In this document: piece after piece, positions 8,193-18,269 of the stretch
How the letters are laid out: the number at the start of each line of letters is the position of its first letter
How positions within the stretch are numbered: the first letter of the stretch is position 1
Origin: Staphylospora marina
GTDB taxonomy: Bacteria > Bacillota > Bacilli > Thermoactinomycetales > Thermoactinomycetaceae
Length of the DNA stretch: 32,000 nucleotides
Assembly (NCBI RefSeq): GCF_003856495.1
Contig: NZ_CP034118.1
Coordinates: 2,511,842 to 2,543,841, forward strand
Direction of reading: 5' to 3'
The notes under the pieces: model-generated
Told to the model about the DNA's origin: nothing
The model's input: only the letters and a program-made list of their open reading frames with translations
The model's database searches: none
Made by a program: the position numbers and the translations under genes

Positions 8193-8810
8193 TCACTTCG
8201 GCTCTTCATCCCCGGAAAACATCGAAGGATTGATGAGGGTGCGCGGTTTGGTTTCCGCCAGGTCTTCTCCCCGTTGCAGCAGGCTTTTCTTGAACAGGCG
8301 ACGGCCGGTGGTACCGTCCATTCCTTCCTCTTGCTCGTTCGGACGGGCTTCTTTGTCCCCACGGGTTTTGCGGGTGGTGGTCCGAACGGCGAACGTTTGG
8401 TCCAGGTTCTCTCTCCCCCGTCCCGCTCCGGTCCGGGCATTCCCCGTCTTTCCGCTGCCCGAACGCCGGCCTTGGGACGAGGCGTTGTCATTCGCCGCCG
8501 CGGAAGTTGCGTTCGGGTCGGAGCGCACAACGATTTCCTGATCTTCAAACGGCAGGGTTTCCCCTTCTTTCGGGCGTTCCCTGGGAATGCGGGCCCGCTG
8601 CTTTTTCCGTTTTTCCCGTTCCATGGTGGTCCGGCGAACCTTCTCCACCGGGATCTTCGCATGTTCACCGGACAGATTCCCTTCCGGGAACAGCTTGTCC
8701 AGTTCCTCCACTTCTTTTTTCCGTTTGTTGGCCACCACCACGTTGACCACGATGAGAACCACGAGAATCACACCGACGGCGATCCCTCCGAGCACAAAGG
8801 GATTATCCAT
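8193..8810 (-). CDS. hypothetical single-pass membrane protein with a highly charged low-complexity tail
   Basis: ATG at 8808-8810 with GGAGG (8819-8823) 8 nt upstream. It has an N-terminal TM helix (FVLGGIAVGVILVVLIVVNVVV) followed by a K/R/E-rich region. It ends 48 nt upstream of cccB. Confidence 0.55.
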   Translation of the reverse strand: MDNPFVLGGIAVGVILVVLIVVNVVVANKRKKEVEELDKLFPEGNLSGEHAKIPVEKVRRTTMEREKRKKQRARIPRERPKEGETLPFEDQEIVVRSDPNATSAAANDNASSQGRRSGSGKTGNARTGAGRGRENLDQTFAVRTTTRKTRGDKEARPNEQEEGMDGTTGRRLFKKSLLQRGEDLAETKPRTLINPSMFSGDEEPK

Positions 8811-8870
8811 CGAATCAGCCTCCTTCTCAAGGATTTCGCCTCCACCCGAAAGAACCGGGGGCAACGTCCG

Positions 8871-8899
8871 AAATCAACAAAGCCGGCGAAGGCGCCGGC
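8871..8899 (-). terminator. Rho-independent terminator after the enoyl-CoA hydratase gene
   Basis: Perfect stem GCCGGCG (8882-8888) / CGCCGGC (8893-8899) with loop AAGG. The minus strand continues TTTGTTGATTT. Confidence 0.65.
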
Positions 8900-8908
8900 C
8901 TCTGTTGT

Positions 8909-9697
8909 TTATTCGCCTTTGAATTCGGGAGTCCGTTTCTGCAAAAACGCCTCCATGCCCTCCGCACGGTCCCGGGTATCGAACACCACACCGAAGGCAC
9001 CAGCCTCCAGATCCAGCCCCGTTTCCAAGTCCGTTTCAAGACCCCTGTCGATGGTTCTCTTGATCAAACGGAGTGAAACGGGCGCTTTCTTGGCGAGCTC
9101 CGCGGCCAGGGATTTGGCTTCATCGAGCAGGGAACCGGCAGGAACCACTTTCTGAACCACGCCGATCCGCAGCGCTTCGTCCGCACTGATCATTTGTCCG
9201 GTCATGCACAGGTACTTGGCCGTGTTCCGTCCGACCAGGCGAGCCAGCCGTTGCGTTCCTCCGTAGCCGGGAATGACGCCCAGATTGACCTCCGGCAGTC
9301 CGAACCGGGCCTTGTCGGAAGCGAGGATGATGTCCCCGCTGAGCGCCAGCTCAAAGCCGCCGCCGAGGGCGTATCCGTTCACGGCCATGATCACCGGTTT
9401 CGGCAATCGCTCGATGCGCGTCATGATCCGCTGCCCGAATTCCGCTTGGCGCCGGGCTTCATCGGCAGATCCGATCCGGCTGAGCTCGGAGATGTCCGCG
9501 CCGGCCACAAAGGCCTTTTCCCCTTCACCGGTGATGATCAATGCCTTGATCCCGCCGTCCCGCTCCACGTGGGTCAACGCATCGTCCAATTCTTCCAGCG
9601 TTTCGCGGCTGAGGGCATTGAGTACCTTGGGGCGGGAAACGGTCAGAAGGGCCCAGCCTTCCCCCCGCTCCAGCCGCAGATGTTTCCATTCCGCCAT
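8909..9697 (-). CDS. enoyl-CoA hydratase/isomerase (crotonase) family protein
   Basis: 262 aa with crotonase signatures: FVAGADI, NGYALGGGFELAL, and GLPEVNLGVIPGYGGTQRL. Confidence 0.88.
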   Translation of the reverse strand: MAEWKHLRLERGEGWALLTVSRPKVLNALSRETLEELDDALTHVERDGGIKALIITGEGEKAFVAGADISELSRIGSADEARRQAEFGQRIMTRIERLPKPVIMAVNGYALGGGFELALSGDIILASDKARFGLPEVNLGVIPGYGGTQRLARLVGRNTAKYLCMTGQMISADEALRIGVVQKVVPAGSLLDEAKSLAAELAKKAPVSLRLIKRTIDRGLETDLETGLDLEAGAFGVVFDTRDRAEGMEAFLQKRTPEFKGE

Positions 9698-9839
9698 GCA
9701 TGTCCCTCCCGATCCAAGACATCCGGGTGGATGCCCGTCAAACCGACGGGATTCCCGCCAAAACAGTATATCTTTTCGATGTTCGGGTTCATTTTCCTCC
9801 CGGGTATTGTGAAGGAGTGATGTCCAATTCCCGACCGGA

Positions 9840-10953
9840 TCACTGACCGCGATTCAGCTGCATGCGCAGCCATCCTTCGATGAACGGATCGATGTCTCCG
9901 TCCATCACTCCCTGCACGTTGCCCACTTCCACCTGTGTCCGGTGATCTTTCACCAGGCTGTACGGATGGAAAACATAGGAACGGATCTGGTTGCCCCAGC
10001 CGATTTCCGTTTGTTCTCCCTGGAGAGCCTGCAGTTCTTTCTGTTGTTCTTCCAGTTTCCGCTCATAAATGCGGGCCTTCAGGATTTTCATCGCCCGTTC
10101 GCGGTTCTGGATCTGCGAGCGCTCCGACTGACAGGTGACGACGATGCCGGTCGGAATGTGGGTGATTCGCACGGCGGAGTCGGTGGTGTTCACGTGCTGG
10201 CCGCCCGCACCGCTCGACCGGTAGGTGTCGATCTTGATTTCGTCCGGGCGGATTTCCACTTCCACCTCATTGTCGATCTCCGGCATCACATGGACGGAGA
10301 CAAACGACGTGTGACGGCGCCCCGAAGCGTCGAACGGCGAGATGCGGACCAGACGGTGCACCCCTTTTTCCGCCTTGAGGTAACCGTAAGCGTTGAGCCC
10401 CTTGATGAGCAGCGTCACGCTTTTGATGCCGGCTTCCTCCCCGGGCAGATAATCGAGGGTTTCCACTTTGTACCCCTTGTCCTCCGCCCACCGGGTGTAC
10501 ATGCGGAGCAACATTTCCGCCCAGTCCTGCGACTCCGTGCCGCCCGCGCCCGGGTGAATTTCCAGAATCGCCGAGTTCTTGTCGTAGGGGCCGTTCAGCA
10601 TGACGTGGATCTCGAAGGCATCCAGCTCTTCGGCCAACGTTTTCAGGCTTCCCGCCACGTCGTTCAGCATGTCCGGGTCTTCCCCTTCTTCGGCGATCAG
10701 TTCCAACATGAGTTGGGCCTCTTCCAGCTTTTCTTCCAGCTCGGACATTTTTTCGACCAGATCCTTCAGCCCTTTCATCTCATCGATGACTTTCTGGGCT
10801 TCCTGCTGGTCGTTCCAGAAGTCGGGAAGAGCCATCCGCTCTTCCAGTTCGTTCAGGCGGGCCTTCTTTTGATCGTGGTCAAAGAGACCCCCTGATGTCC
10901 GCCAATTTCTTGGCTGTATTTTGCAGAAGCTGTCTGATTTCGTACATTTCCAT
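9840..10953 (-). CDS. prfB: peptide chain release factor 2, expressed through a programmed +1 frameshift
   Basis: Frame 0 runs from the ATG at 10953 through 24 codons ([24 protein letters not shown]) to the TGA at 10879-10881. The +1 frame continues [14 protein letters not shown]... and carries the SPF and GGQ motifs. The RBS GAGGTG lies 7 nt upstream of the ATG. Confidence 0.93.
10879..10893 (-). promoter_or_regulatory. RF2 autoregulatory frameshift site (internal SD + CTT TGA C)
   Basis: Minus strand reads AGGGGG TCT CTT TGA C. The SD-like AGGGGG (10888-10893) lies 3 nt before the slippery CTT (10882-10884), followed by TGA (10879-10881). Confidence 0.9.
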
Positions 10954-11020
10954 GGAAAGTCACCTCGTTCGATTCGTCTTTTTCCATTATAACGACACTC
11001 TTCCGGTTTGGCGACCTCGC

Positions 11021-11055
11021 AAAACGGAAACGGCAGGGAAACGGCTTTCCCTGCC
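11021..11055 (-). terminator. Hairpin/terminator between secA and prfB
   Basis: Stem GGCAGGGAAA (11032-11041) / TTTCCCTGCC (11046-11055) with loop CGGC. The minus strand continues GTTTCCGTTTTG, and the plus strand also has TTTT, so the element looks bidirectional. A TATAAT (10986-10991, minus) follows it. Confidence 0.55.
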
Positions 11056-11114
11056 GCTTTTGACCGTGATTCCGTTTTGTTTCCGTGCTGCCGGGACATC
11101 GGGGCTTCGCGTCG

Positions 11115-13658
11115 TCAGCGCGCCGGTTGGGCGGCTTTTTCCGTCTTGAGACAGCAGTTCTTGTACTTCTTGCCGCTGCCGCACGGACAAGGATCATTCC
11201 GCCCCACCTTTTCCCCCTTGCGAACCGGCTCTTTGCGCGGGGGCTCTTCCGACGTTTCTCCGCCGGACACGGCGGTCACGTTGACGGCCACTTCTTCCCG
11301 CTCGATTTCCTCTTCCTCGACGATCACCGATTTCATCACATACTTGACGATTTCCTCCTGGATCTCCTGGACCATCGCCTCGAACATGGCGTACCCTTCA
11401 AACTGGTACGCGCGAAGCGGGTTGTCCTGTCCGTACGCCCGCAGGTGGATGCCTTGACGGAGCTGTTCCATCGCGTCGATGTGATCCATCCATTTCCGGT
11501 CGACGGCGCGCAGGATGACCATCTTCGCAAATTCGTTCATCCGTTCCCGACCGATCTCCGCGAGACGTTCGTCGTAATACTTCTCCGTCTCCTCCATGAT
11601 GAGGGAGATCATTTCCTCCGGTTCCAGCTCATCCAGATCGTCTTCGGTGACGCGTCCCTCGGGAAGCAAATTGTGCTGCACGTAATCCTCGATCGCCGAG
11701 AGGTTCCATTCTTCTTCCAGCTCGTCGGAAGTGTGCAGACCCACGACCCGTTCGATTTCCGCCTTGGCCATGCCGAGGACCACATCTTTCAGATCGTCGG
11801 CAAACAGCACTTCACGGCGCTGCTTGTAGATGATCTCCCGCTGCTGGTTCAAAACGTCGTCGTATTGAAGCACCCAGCGGCGCGCGTCGAAGTTGTTCGC
11901 TTCCACTTTTCGCTGGGCGTTGGCGACCGCTTTGGTGAACATCTTGCCCTCGATCGGCTGGTCGTCCGGAAGCCCGAGCTTTTCCAGCATGTTGTACAGA
12001 TTTTCCCCGCCGAACCGGCGCATCAGCTCATCTTCCAGCGACAGATAGAACTGCGAGGACCCGGGGTCCCCCTGACGCCCGGAACGACCGCGCAACTGGT
12101 TGTCAATCCGCCGGCTTTCATGCCGCTCCGTTCCGATCACGTGCAAACCGCCCAGTTCGGCCACGCCCTCGCCCAGCATGATGTCGGTTCCGCGTCCGGC
12201 CATGTTGGTGGCGATGGTGACCGCTCCGCGCTGACCGGCACGGGCGATGATTTCCGCTTCCCGCTCGTGATGCTTGGCGTTCAGCACTTCATGGGGAATG
12301 CCGTGCCGTTTCAGCATTCCGGAAAGGTGCTCCGATTTCTCGATCGACGTGGTGCCGACCAGGATCGGTTGTCCTTTCTTGTGCCGCCGGATGATCTCCT
12401 CGACCACCGCGTTGAACTTGGCTTCTTCGGTCTTGTACAGGAGGTCGGTCATGTCCACGCGGATGGTCGGCTTGTTGGTCGGGATTTGGTAGACGTCCAT
12501 GTTGTAAATCTTCCGGAATTCTTCCTCTTCCGTCTTGGCCGTCCCGGTCATGCCCGCCAGCTTTTTGTACATCCGGAAGTAGTTCTGCAGGGTGATGGTG
12601 GCCAGCGTCATGCTCTCACGCTGCACCTGCAGTCCTTCCTTGGCCTCGATCGCCTGGTGCAATCCGTCGGAATAACGCCGTCCGTACATCAGACGTCCGG
12701 TGAACTCGTCGACGATGACCACGCCGTCCTCGTTCACCACGTAATCCTGGTCGCGCTTCATCAGCACGTGAGCCTTGAGCGCCTGCTGCACGTGATGGTT
12801 CAGCGTCAGGTGCTTCATGTCGTACAGGTTGTCGATCCCGAGGAAGCTTTCCACTTTGCGGACGCCCTCTTCGGTGAGAGTCACCTGTTTCGTCTTGATG
12901 TCGACCGTGAAATCCTCGTCCTTCCGGAGCCGGCGCACGATCCGGTCCGCGACGTAGTAAAGATCGGTCGCCTTGTTGGCTTGTCCGCTGATGATGAGCG
13001 GCGTCCGGGCTTCGTCAATCAGGATGCTGTCCACTTCGTCGATGATGGCATAGTTGAGTTCCCGTTGCACCAACTGCTCCGGGTACAACACCATGTTGTC
13101 CCGCAGATAGTCAAAGCCGAACTCGTTGTTGGTGCCGTACGTGATGTCCGCCTGATAGGCCGCCCGTTTCTCTTCGGAGGACATCATCGGCAGGTTGAGC
13201 CCCACGGTCAAACCGAGAAACTCGAAAATTTGACCCATCCATTCGCGGTCACGCTTCGCCAGGTAATCGTTGACCGTGACCACGTGGACGCCCTTGCCGG
13301 GGAGCGCGTTCAGATAAGCGGGCAGGGTGGAGACCAGCGTTTTCCCCTCACCCGTGCGCATCTCGGCGATGTCGCCTTCGTGCAGCACCATGCCGCCCAC
13401 CAGCTGAACCCGGAAATGGCGCATGCCGAGCACGCGTTTGGACGCTTCCCGGACCACGGCGAACGCTTCGGGAAGCAGCGCGTCAAGGTCTTCGCCGTCG
13501 GCCAACCGATTGCGGAATTCATCGGTTTTTGCCCTGAGTTCCTTGTCGCTCAGCTTCTCCATGTCCGGTTCCATCGCCTCGATCCGGTCGGCCAGGGCGA
13601 AGTATTTTTTGAGTTGCCGCTCTTGCGGGTCAAACAGTTTGCGAAGGGTTTTCAGCAC
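11115..13658 (-). CDS. secA: preprotein translocase ATPase SecA
   Basis: Full-length collinear similarity to B. subtilis SecA, including the C-terminal zinc motif [13 protein letters not shown]. The preferred start is the GTG at 13656-13658, because [11 protein letters not shown] aligns with MLGILNKMFDP and GGGAG lies 9 nt upstream. Alternative starts are at 13664 and 13685. Confidence 0.95.
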   Translation of the reverse strand: MLKTLRKLFDPQERQLKKYFALADRIEAMEPDMEKLSDKELRAKTDEFRNRLADGEDLDALLPEAFAVVREASKRVLGMRHFRVQLVGGMVLHEGDIAEMRTGEGKTLVSTLPAYLNALPGKGVHVVTVNDYLAKRDREWMGQIFEFLGLTVGLNLPMMSSEEKRAAYQADITYGTNNEFGFDYLRDNMVLYPEQLVQRELNYAIIDEVDSILIDEARTPLIISGQANKATDLYYVADRIVRRLRKDEDFTVDIKTKQVTLTEEGVRKVESFLGIDNLYDMKHLTLNHHVQQALKAHVLMKRDQDYVVNEDGVVIVDEFTGRLMYGRRYSDGLHQAIEAKEGLQVQRESMTLATITLQNYFRMYKKLAGMTGTAKTEEEEFRKIYNMDVYQIPTNKPTIRVDMTDLLYKTEEAKFNAVVEEIIRRHKKGQPILVGTTSIEKSEHLSGMLKRHGIPHEVLNAKHHEREAEIIARAGQRGAVTIATNMAGRGTDIMLGEGVAELGGLHVIGTERHESRRIDNQLRGRSGRQGDPGSSQFYLSLEDELMRRFGGENLYNMLEKLGLPDDQPIEGKMFTKAVANAQRKVEANNFDARRWVLQYDDVLNQQREIIYKQRREVLFADDLKDVVLGMAKAEIERVVGLHTSDELEEEWNLSAIEDYVQHNLLPEGRVTEDDLDELEPEEMISLIMEETEKYYDERLAEIGRERMNEFAKMVILRAVDRKWMDHIDAMEQLRQGIHLRAYGQDNPLRAYQFEGYAMFEAMVQEIQEEIVKYVMKSVIVEEEEIEREEVAVNVTAVSGGETSEEPPRKEPVRKGEKVGRNDPCPCGSGKKYKNCCLKTEKAAQPAR

Positions 13659-13792
13659 CCTCATCAACTCCCGTTTCAGGATCACACTCTATGCATTGAC
13701 GGAACATGGTCCGACTCGACTTCAAATAGATAGAATAGTCCACATTCAACAGTGTATCAAATTTGCGGACCGATTTCACTTTTTTCATATGA

Positions 13793-13826
13793 CAAGAAAA
13801 CGAAGAAAGGAGCCGGAAATGCTCCT
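13793..13826 (-). terminator. Rho-independent terminator after the GT4 gene
   Basis: Minus strand reads GAGGAGCatttccgGCTCCTT followed by TCTTCGTTTTCTTG, about 65 nt after the stop at 13894. Confidence 0.6.
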
Positions 13827-13893
13827 CCTGAGAGCACTCCCGACTCCCGTCCGCCGGTCGACGATCCGTGTCGCTCCGGTTCAAATGACATGT

Positions 13894-15150
13894 TCACCCG
13901 GCCGTTTCCGCCCGTTTCGAAGGTTCTTCTTTCCCGCTCACCAGCTCGCGAAGGAGTTCATGGAACTTGCGGGCCAGCTTCTTGCGGTCCCCTTCCCGGT
14001 CGATATAGTCGCGCCCGCGCTTTTTGATTTCCTCTCTCTCTTCGTCGGTCAAGGCCCGCGCCCGGTCGATCGCTTCGGCAAGGCCTTCCGGATTTTCCGC
14101 GCCGGCGAAGAATCCGAGTCCGTTCCCTTCCACGATTTCCCGGACTTCCCCGTCCACCGTGGTGACGATGGGCAAGCCGATGAACGCGTAATCAAACAGT
14201 TTGTTGGGCCGGGCCCCGCGGAAAATCTCGTTGTCCGCGAGGGAAATGATGCCCACGTCGGCCGCCTGCGTATAATCGAAAATCTCCGCCTTGGGGACGG
14301 GATCCAGCAGATGGACGTTGTCCAGCCCTTCTTCGCGTTTGAGACGGATCAGTTTCTCCTTTTCGGGACCGTCTCCGATCAACACGATGGAAATGCCGGG
14401 CTTCAGATGTTTGCCGGCCTTGACCACATGTTCCAACGCGTTGGCCGGCCCGTGAGCCCCGGTGTAAACGGCGACGAATCCGTCTCCGGTGAGTCCCATT
14501 TTCCGCCGGTATTCCGCCCGCTTGGACGGATCGGGCGTCCATGAGCCGACCACGATGCCGTTGGGGATCAGCGTGATGCGGGACTCGTCGATCCCCCGGT
14601 CCATGATGTACTTGCGTTGGTGTTCGGTGAGCACCACGATCCGGTCCGATTTCTCGTAGAGCCATTGTTCCATCCAGGTGAGCAACCGGATGACGTGCCG
14701 GTTGTTCAAACCGCCCATCTTGATGAGCGAATCGGGCCACAGATCACGCACTTCGAAAACAAACGGGCATCCTTTCAGTTTGGCCAGCATCCAGCCGGCA
14801 AACGCCGTGAACAAATGCGGGCTGGATGCGACCAACACGTCCGGTTTCCGCTTGAACAGACCGGACAGAAAGAACACCGCGGCAAAGCTGCCCATGTTGA
14901 TGATGCGTCGAAAATCGTTCACCTTGTGCGGGAAGGACCACAGCCAGTTCAGCTTCAGTCCCGGGATGTTTTCCAGTTCGTTCTTCTCCTCTTCCGTCAC
15001 GAACGTGCGTCTGGGATGGACGAAGCTCGACAGGAAAAGGGTCACCTCGGACCCTTCTTCCGTCGCCCATTCCCTCGCCAGTTCGTAATGCCGGGTGATG
15101 CCCGCGATGTTGGGCGGAACGGCATAATGGTTGACCAACCAGATCCGCAT
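13894..15150 (-). CDS. glycosyltransferase family 4 (WcaI-like)
   Basis: 418 aa. The N-terminus MRIWLVNHYAVPP is typical of this GT-B group, and the C-terminal half has the E-x7-E region context (GEVREIVEGNGLGF). Confidence 0.82.
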   Translation of the reverse strand: MRIWLVNHYAVPPNIAGITRHYELAREWATEEGSEVTLFLSSFVHPRRTFVTEEEKNELENIPGLKLNWLWSFPHKVNDFRRIINMGSFAAVFFLSGLFKRKPDVLVASSPHLFTAFAGWMLAKLKGCPFVFEVRDLWPDSLIKMGGLNNRHVIRLLTWMEQWLYEKSDRIVVLTEHQRKYIMDRGIDESRITLIPNGIVVGSWTPDPSKRAEYRRKMGLTGDGFVAVYTGAHGPANALEHVVKAGKHLKPGISIVLIGDGPEKEKLIRLKREEGLDNVHLLDPVPKAEIFDYTQAADVGIISLADNEIFRGARPNKLFDYAFIGLPIVTTVDGEVREIVEGNGLGFFAGAENPEGLAEAIDRARALTDEEREEIKKRGRDYIDREGDRKKLARKFHELLRELVSGKEEPSKRAETAG

Positions 15151-15228
15151 GTTCGTTTCACATCCTCATTTCGCAGAAAACTTGTTCCATTCACCGTGTC
15201 CGCATCGGTTCCGGGGACTCTCCGCGCT

Positions 15229-16614
15229 TCACCGCGGATCCCCGGTCCGGATCGGCTCCCCGCGCCCGCCCAGGGCAAGAACCGCCAGTCCCAACCCGAT
15301 CACCGTCCACATGGGAGTGAAATGAATCGCGGTGCTGGGAGCCATGCCTCCGAACACATACCCCGTCAAGGAAAGTACGCAGGACAGGGCCGCCCAGCGA
15401 ACGAGCGGGGGCGTGTCCGGAGACCGGCGCAAACTGGCCAGCCGCCACAGGCGAATCCACAGGCTTGCATAGAAAATCATCCAGAAAACAAATACCACAA
15501 CCCCGTAATTGACCAGCACTTCCGCCCACCAGTTGTGGATGTTGGTCTTGTCGATCCCTTTTTGTCCTTGCATGTAATGCTCGACGTTTCCGGCTCCCAC
15601 TCCGAAGTACCCGCTTTGGTGCAGGAACCTGAATCCGTACAACAACAAATACTTGCGAACCGTGATGCTCCGCCCGCCAGTCCCTTCCCCTTCCTGCACG
15701 CCGGCGTCCAGTTCGTCCAGATCCATCGGTCCGCTGCTCAGATCGAGAAAAATCCCCAAAACGCTGGCCAGTTTGTCCCGCCCACCCTGATGCAGCAGCG
15801 TTCCGCTCAACGTTCCCGCCGCCAAGACGATCAAGAGGGCGGTCACCGTTCCCCGGACCAGATGTCTCCGGATCGTTTCCGGTTCCAGCACCCGCCGCAA
15901 CGTGGCCAGCCAGGCGAAGACCACCACCGGAAGAACGAAGAAGGTGTTGATGCGGGAAGCGGTGGCCAGGATGCCGTACAGGGAGAGAACCAACAGCACG
16001 TACAGAAACCATCTGAGAAGCCGGCCCGGTCTGAGCAGGCAAAGTGCGGTGATCAGAAACGGCAGGGCCAACGTGAGGGCCGTGGCGAAATCGTTTTGGT
16101 TCGTGAAAAACGACGTGACGGCGGGTGCCGCCGTGTCCCGGTACCGGGACACGGGAAGGTGATACCGGGTGATGGATTCAAAAAAGCCGTAAAACACCAG
16201 GCATCCCGTGGCGACCAACAAGACGGCCGCCGCATGTTTCAATCGCCGCGTTGACCGGACAAACAGCACAAAACACAGCGCGTACCCCAACATCATGCCC
16301 AAAAACACGGTGTAGCGGACAGCGGCAGCCGTGTCCGCCGCCCACGTCAGCGAAAGCACCGACCATGCGAACCAGCCCGCGAATAACCACGTCGCTTTCC
16401 GGACGGGCTCCGTTTCCGGAAGCAGGAAGCGATTTCCACGGACCGCCTGAACAAAGATCCAGCCCGACACCGCCACAAATGCGATCCGAAACAGCGTCAG
16501 CCGGAAATTGTCGGTCAAACTCACTCCGAGCATCGGGCCCATGACAGCGGAAAACACCAACAAAAGGAACAGACTGTCCGGCCACGTCAATCGCCGGTGA
16601 TTCGCAGGATTCAA
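15229..16614 (-). CDS. O-antigen ligase / polymerase-like (Wzy_C domain) polytopic membrane protein
   Basis: 461 aa with roughly 10-12 predicted TM segments and a large loop containing the conserved R/H context (ASRINTFF, HNWWAEVLVNYG). TTG start at 16614 with AGGTGGAGG upstream. Confidence 0.72.
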   Translation of the reverse strand: MNPANHRRLTWPDSLFLLLVFSAVMGPMLGVSLTDNFRLTLFRIAFVAVSGWIFVQAVRGNRFLLPETEPVRKATWLFAGWFAWSVLSLTWAADTAAAVRYTVFLGMMLGYALCFVLFVRSTRRLKHAAAVLLVATGCLVFYGFFESITRYHLPVSRYRDTAAPAVTSFFTNQNDFATALTLALPFLITALCLLRPGRLLRWFLYVLLVLSLYGILATASRINTFFVLPVVVFAWLATLRRVLEPETIRRHLVRGTVTALLIVLAAGTLSGTLLHQGGRDKLASVLGIFLDLSSGPMDLDELDAGVQEGEGTGGRSITVRKYLLLYGFRFLHQSGYFGVGAGNVEHYMQGQKGIDKTNIHNWWAEVLVNYGVVVFVFWMIFYASLWIRLWRLASLRRSPDTPPLVRWAALSCVLSLTGYVFGGMAPSTAIHFTPMWTVIGLGLAVLALGGRGEPIRTGDPR

Positions 16615-16861
16615 CGTCCTCCACCTTTCCGGTCCACGGATTGCCGATTGTCCCGCCCGGGCCTGAATGTCTGGACCATGGGATGCCTGTCTTTGTCATA
16701 TTACAGTAACATTGTTACAGAAAATGCGTCAATCCAAGGTCAATGTAACACAGCCGAAATGTTTTGGGTATCCCTTTCGAAAAAAAGTCAACATTGGGAT
16801 TTCCGAAAACACGGGCCACTCCCCGCGTTCTCCGGATGTCTGAATCATTCTTCCGGACATC

Positions 16862-16917
16862 GACAAAAGGGATTCGGTCCGGCTCCCCGACATGCGGGAG
16901 CCTGCCGAATCCCTTTT
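16862..16917 (-). terminator. Long bidirectional hairpin terminator after the epimerase gene
   Basis: Outer stem AAAGGGATTCGG / CCGAATCCCTTT and inner stem GGCTCCC / GGGAGCC span 16865-16917. T-runs follow the hairpin on both strands. Confidence 0.75.
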
Positions 16918-16934
16918 CAAAGAAACCCGAAATG

Positions 16935-18005
16935 TCAACGGCTCAGATCGCCGGCCAAAAGATCGACGATCTTTTCCGCGGCCCGTCCGTCCCCGAACAC
17001 CGGATCGACGCGGGAGAAGTCCACTTCAAACGTCTCCACGGCCCGGAGAATTTTCTCCCGGTCGGCCCCGACGAGTACGTTGGCTCCCAGTTCGACCGTT
17101 TCCGTCCACTCGGTCTCGTCGCGCATGGTGATGCACGGAACGCGGGCAAAAAACGCTTCCTTCTGGACGCCGCCGGAGTCGGTCAGAATCTTGCGGGCGT
17201 TCACTTCCAGCTCCAGCATGTCCAGATATCCCACCGGATCGATCAAGCGGACATGGGGATTGTGGATGGAAAGACCCCATTTGGGGAGCTTGTCCCGGGT
17301 CCTCGGATGAAGCGGCAGCACGGCCGGCAGCGGCAATTCGTTGATCGCCCCGACAATGGCCGACAGTCTGGCGGGGTCATCCGTGTTTTCGGCACGATGC
17401 AACGTGATCAGCACGTATTCTCCGCGGTTGAGTCCAAGCTCCTCCAAAACGCGGGATTTTTCCCGGGCCAGTCGGCTGTTGTACCCGACCGCATCCAGCA
17501 TGACATCCCCCACGAGATGAACCCCGCGGGTGATTCCCTCGTCTTTCAGATGATTCACCGCCGTTTGAGTGGGACAGAACAGCCACTCGGAGACATGGTC
17601 GGTCAGCACCCGGTTGATCTCCTCCGGCATGCGGCGGTTGAAGCTTCTCAGCCCCGCTTCCACATGAGCCACCGGGATGTGCAGCTTGGCGGCGGCCAAC
17701 GCACCGGCCAACGTGGAGTTGGTGTCTCCGTAAACCAGCAGGCAATCCGGCTTTTCCCGGAGGATCACCTCTTCCACCTTCGCAAGCATGTCGCCGGTTT
17801 GGGCCCCGTGGGATTTGGAGCCCACATGCAGATGATAATCCGGCACCGGAATGTTCAACTCTTCAAAAAAGACATCGGACATCGACTTGTCATAATGCTG
17901 TCCGGTATGTACCAGGATTTCGGTCCCCCGCTTCCGGATTTCCCGGGAAACGGGTGCGGCCTTGATGAATTGAGGCCTTGCTCCCACTACGGTCAGGACT
18001 TTCAT
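16935..18005 (-). CDS. wecB: UDP-N-acetylglucosamine 2-epimerase (non-hydrolysing)
   Basis: MKVLTVVGARPQFIK N-terminus, with HTGQHYD, DTNSTLAGALAA and HVEAGLRS motifs. ATG at 18003-18005 with GGGGG 7 nt upstream. The ORF extension to 18233 crosses an upstream terminator. Confidence 0.92.
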   Translation of the reverse strand: MKVLTVVGARPQFIKAAPVSREIRKRGTEILVHTGQHYDKSMSDVFFEELNIPVPDYHLHVGSKSHGAQTGDMLAKVEEVILREKPDCLLVYGDTNSTLAGALAAAKLHIPVAHVEAGLRSFNRRMPEEINRVLTDHVSEWLFCPTQTAVNHLKDEGITRGVHLVGDVMLDAVGYNSRLAREKSRVLEELGLNRGEYVLITLHRAENTDDPARLSAIVGAINELPLPAVLPLHPRTRDKLPKWGLSIHNPHVRLIDPVGYLDMLELEVNARKILTDSGGVQKEAFFARVPCITMRDETEWTETVELGANVLVGADREKILRAVETFEVDFSRVDPVFGDGRAAEKIVDLLAGDLSR

Positions 18006-18189
18006 GAGGATACCCCCTGCGGTGTACACTGGTTCCTGTTTGCTCCCGTCTATGATAACACAGGACGCCGCCGAATCCATCATCTGCCCGGCGACCGTCA
18101 AAAAATGATCCGTTCCCCTGTTCAGCCCTTGCACTCCGAAGGCACCGGCCGGTTTCGGGACGGAAGAGGCTTGATGCAACACATCTCCC

Positions 18190-18241
18190 GGGAAACACAA
18201 AGAACCACCTCTTGCGTGAGGCCGTTTCCTCACGCAAGAGG
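18190..18241 (-). terminator. Rho-independent terminator after the nuclease gene
   Basis: Perfect 14-bp stem CCTCTTGCGTGAGG (18208-18221) / CCTCACGCAAGAGG (18228-18241). The minus strand continues TGGTTCTTTGTGTTT. Confidence 0.75.
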
Positions 18242-18269
18242 CGGTTGCGGATCTCCTTCACGCCCCGGA

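Noticed and set aside
9643-9873. A small ORF between prfB and the hydratase gene, with an internal MNPNIEKIY... start after GGGAGG.
   Set aside because: The RBS spacing is only 3 nt. The ORF overlaps the hydratase start in another frame, and it has no recognisable features.
11085-13733. Very long antisense ORFs opposite well-supported genes: 882 aa opposite secA, 16764..18854, 19012..21486, 28149..29858, 1400..2728, 2503..3813, 4119..5492, 7839..9155, 14617..16254 and 25201..26433.
   Set aside because: Each lies opposite a gene with unambiguous family motifs. Their translations are R/P/G/H-rich and low-complexity with no recognisable domains. Long shadow ORFs are expected at ~60% GC.
16706-16718. 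The GTAACATTGTTAC palindrome as a LexA (SOS) box.
   Set aside because: The Bacillus SOS box is GAAC-N4-GTTC. Here the half-sites are TAAC/GTTA with a 3-nt centre, so it does not fit.
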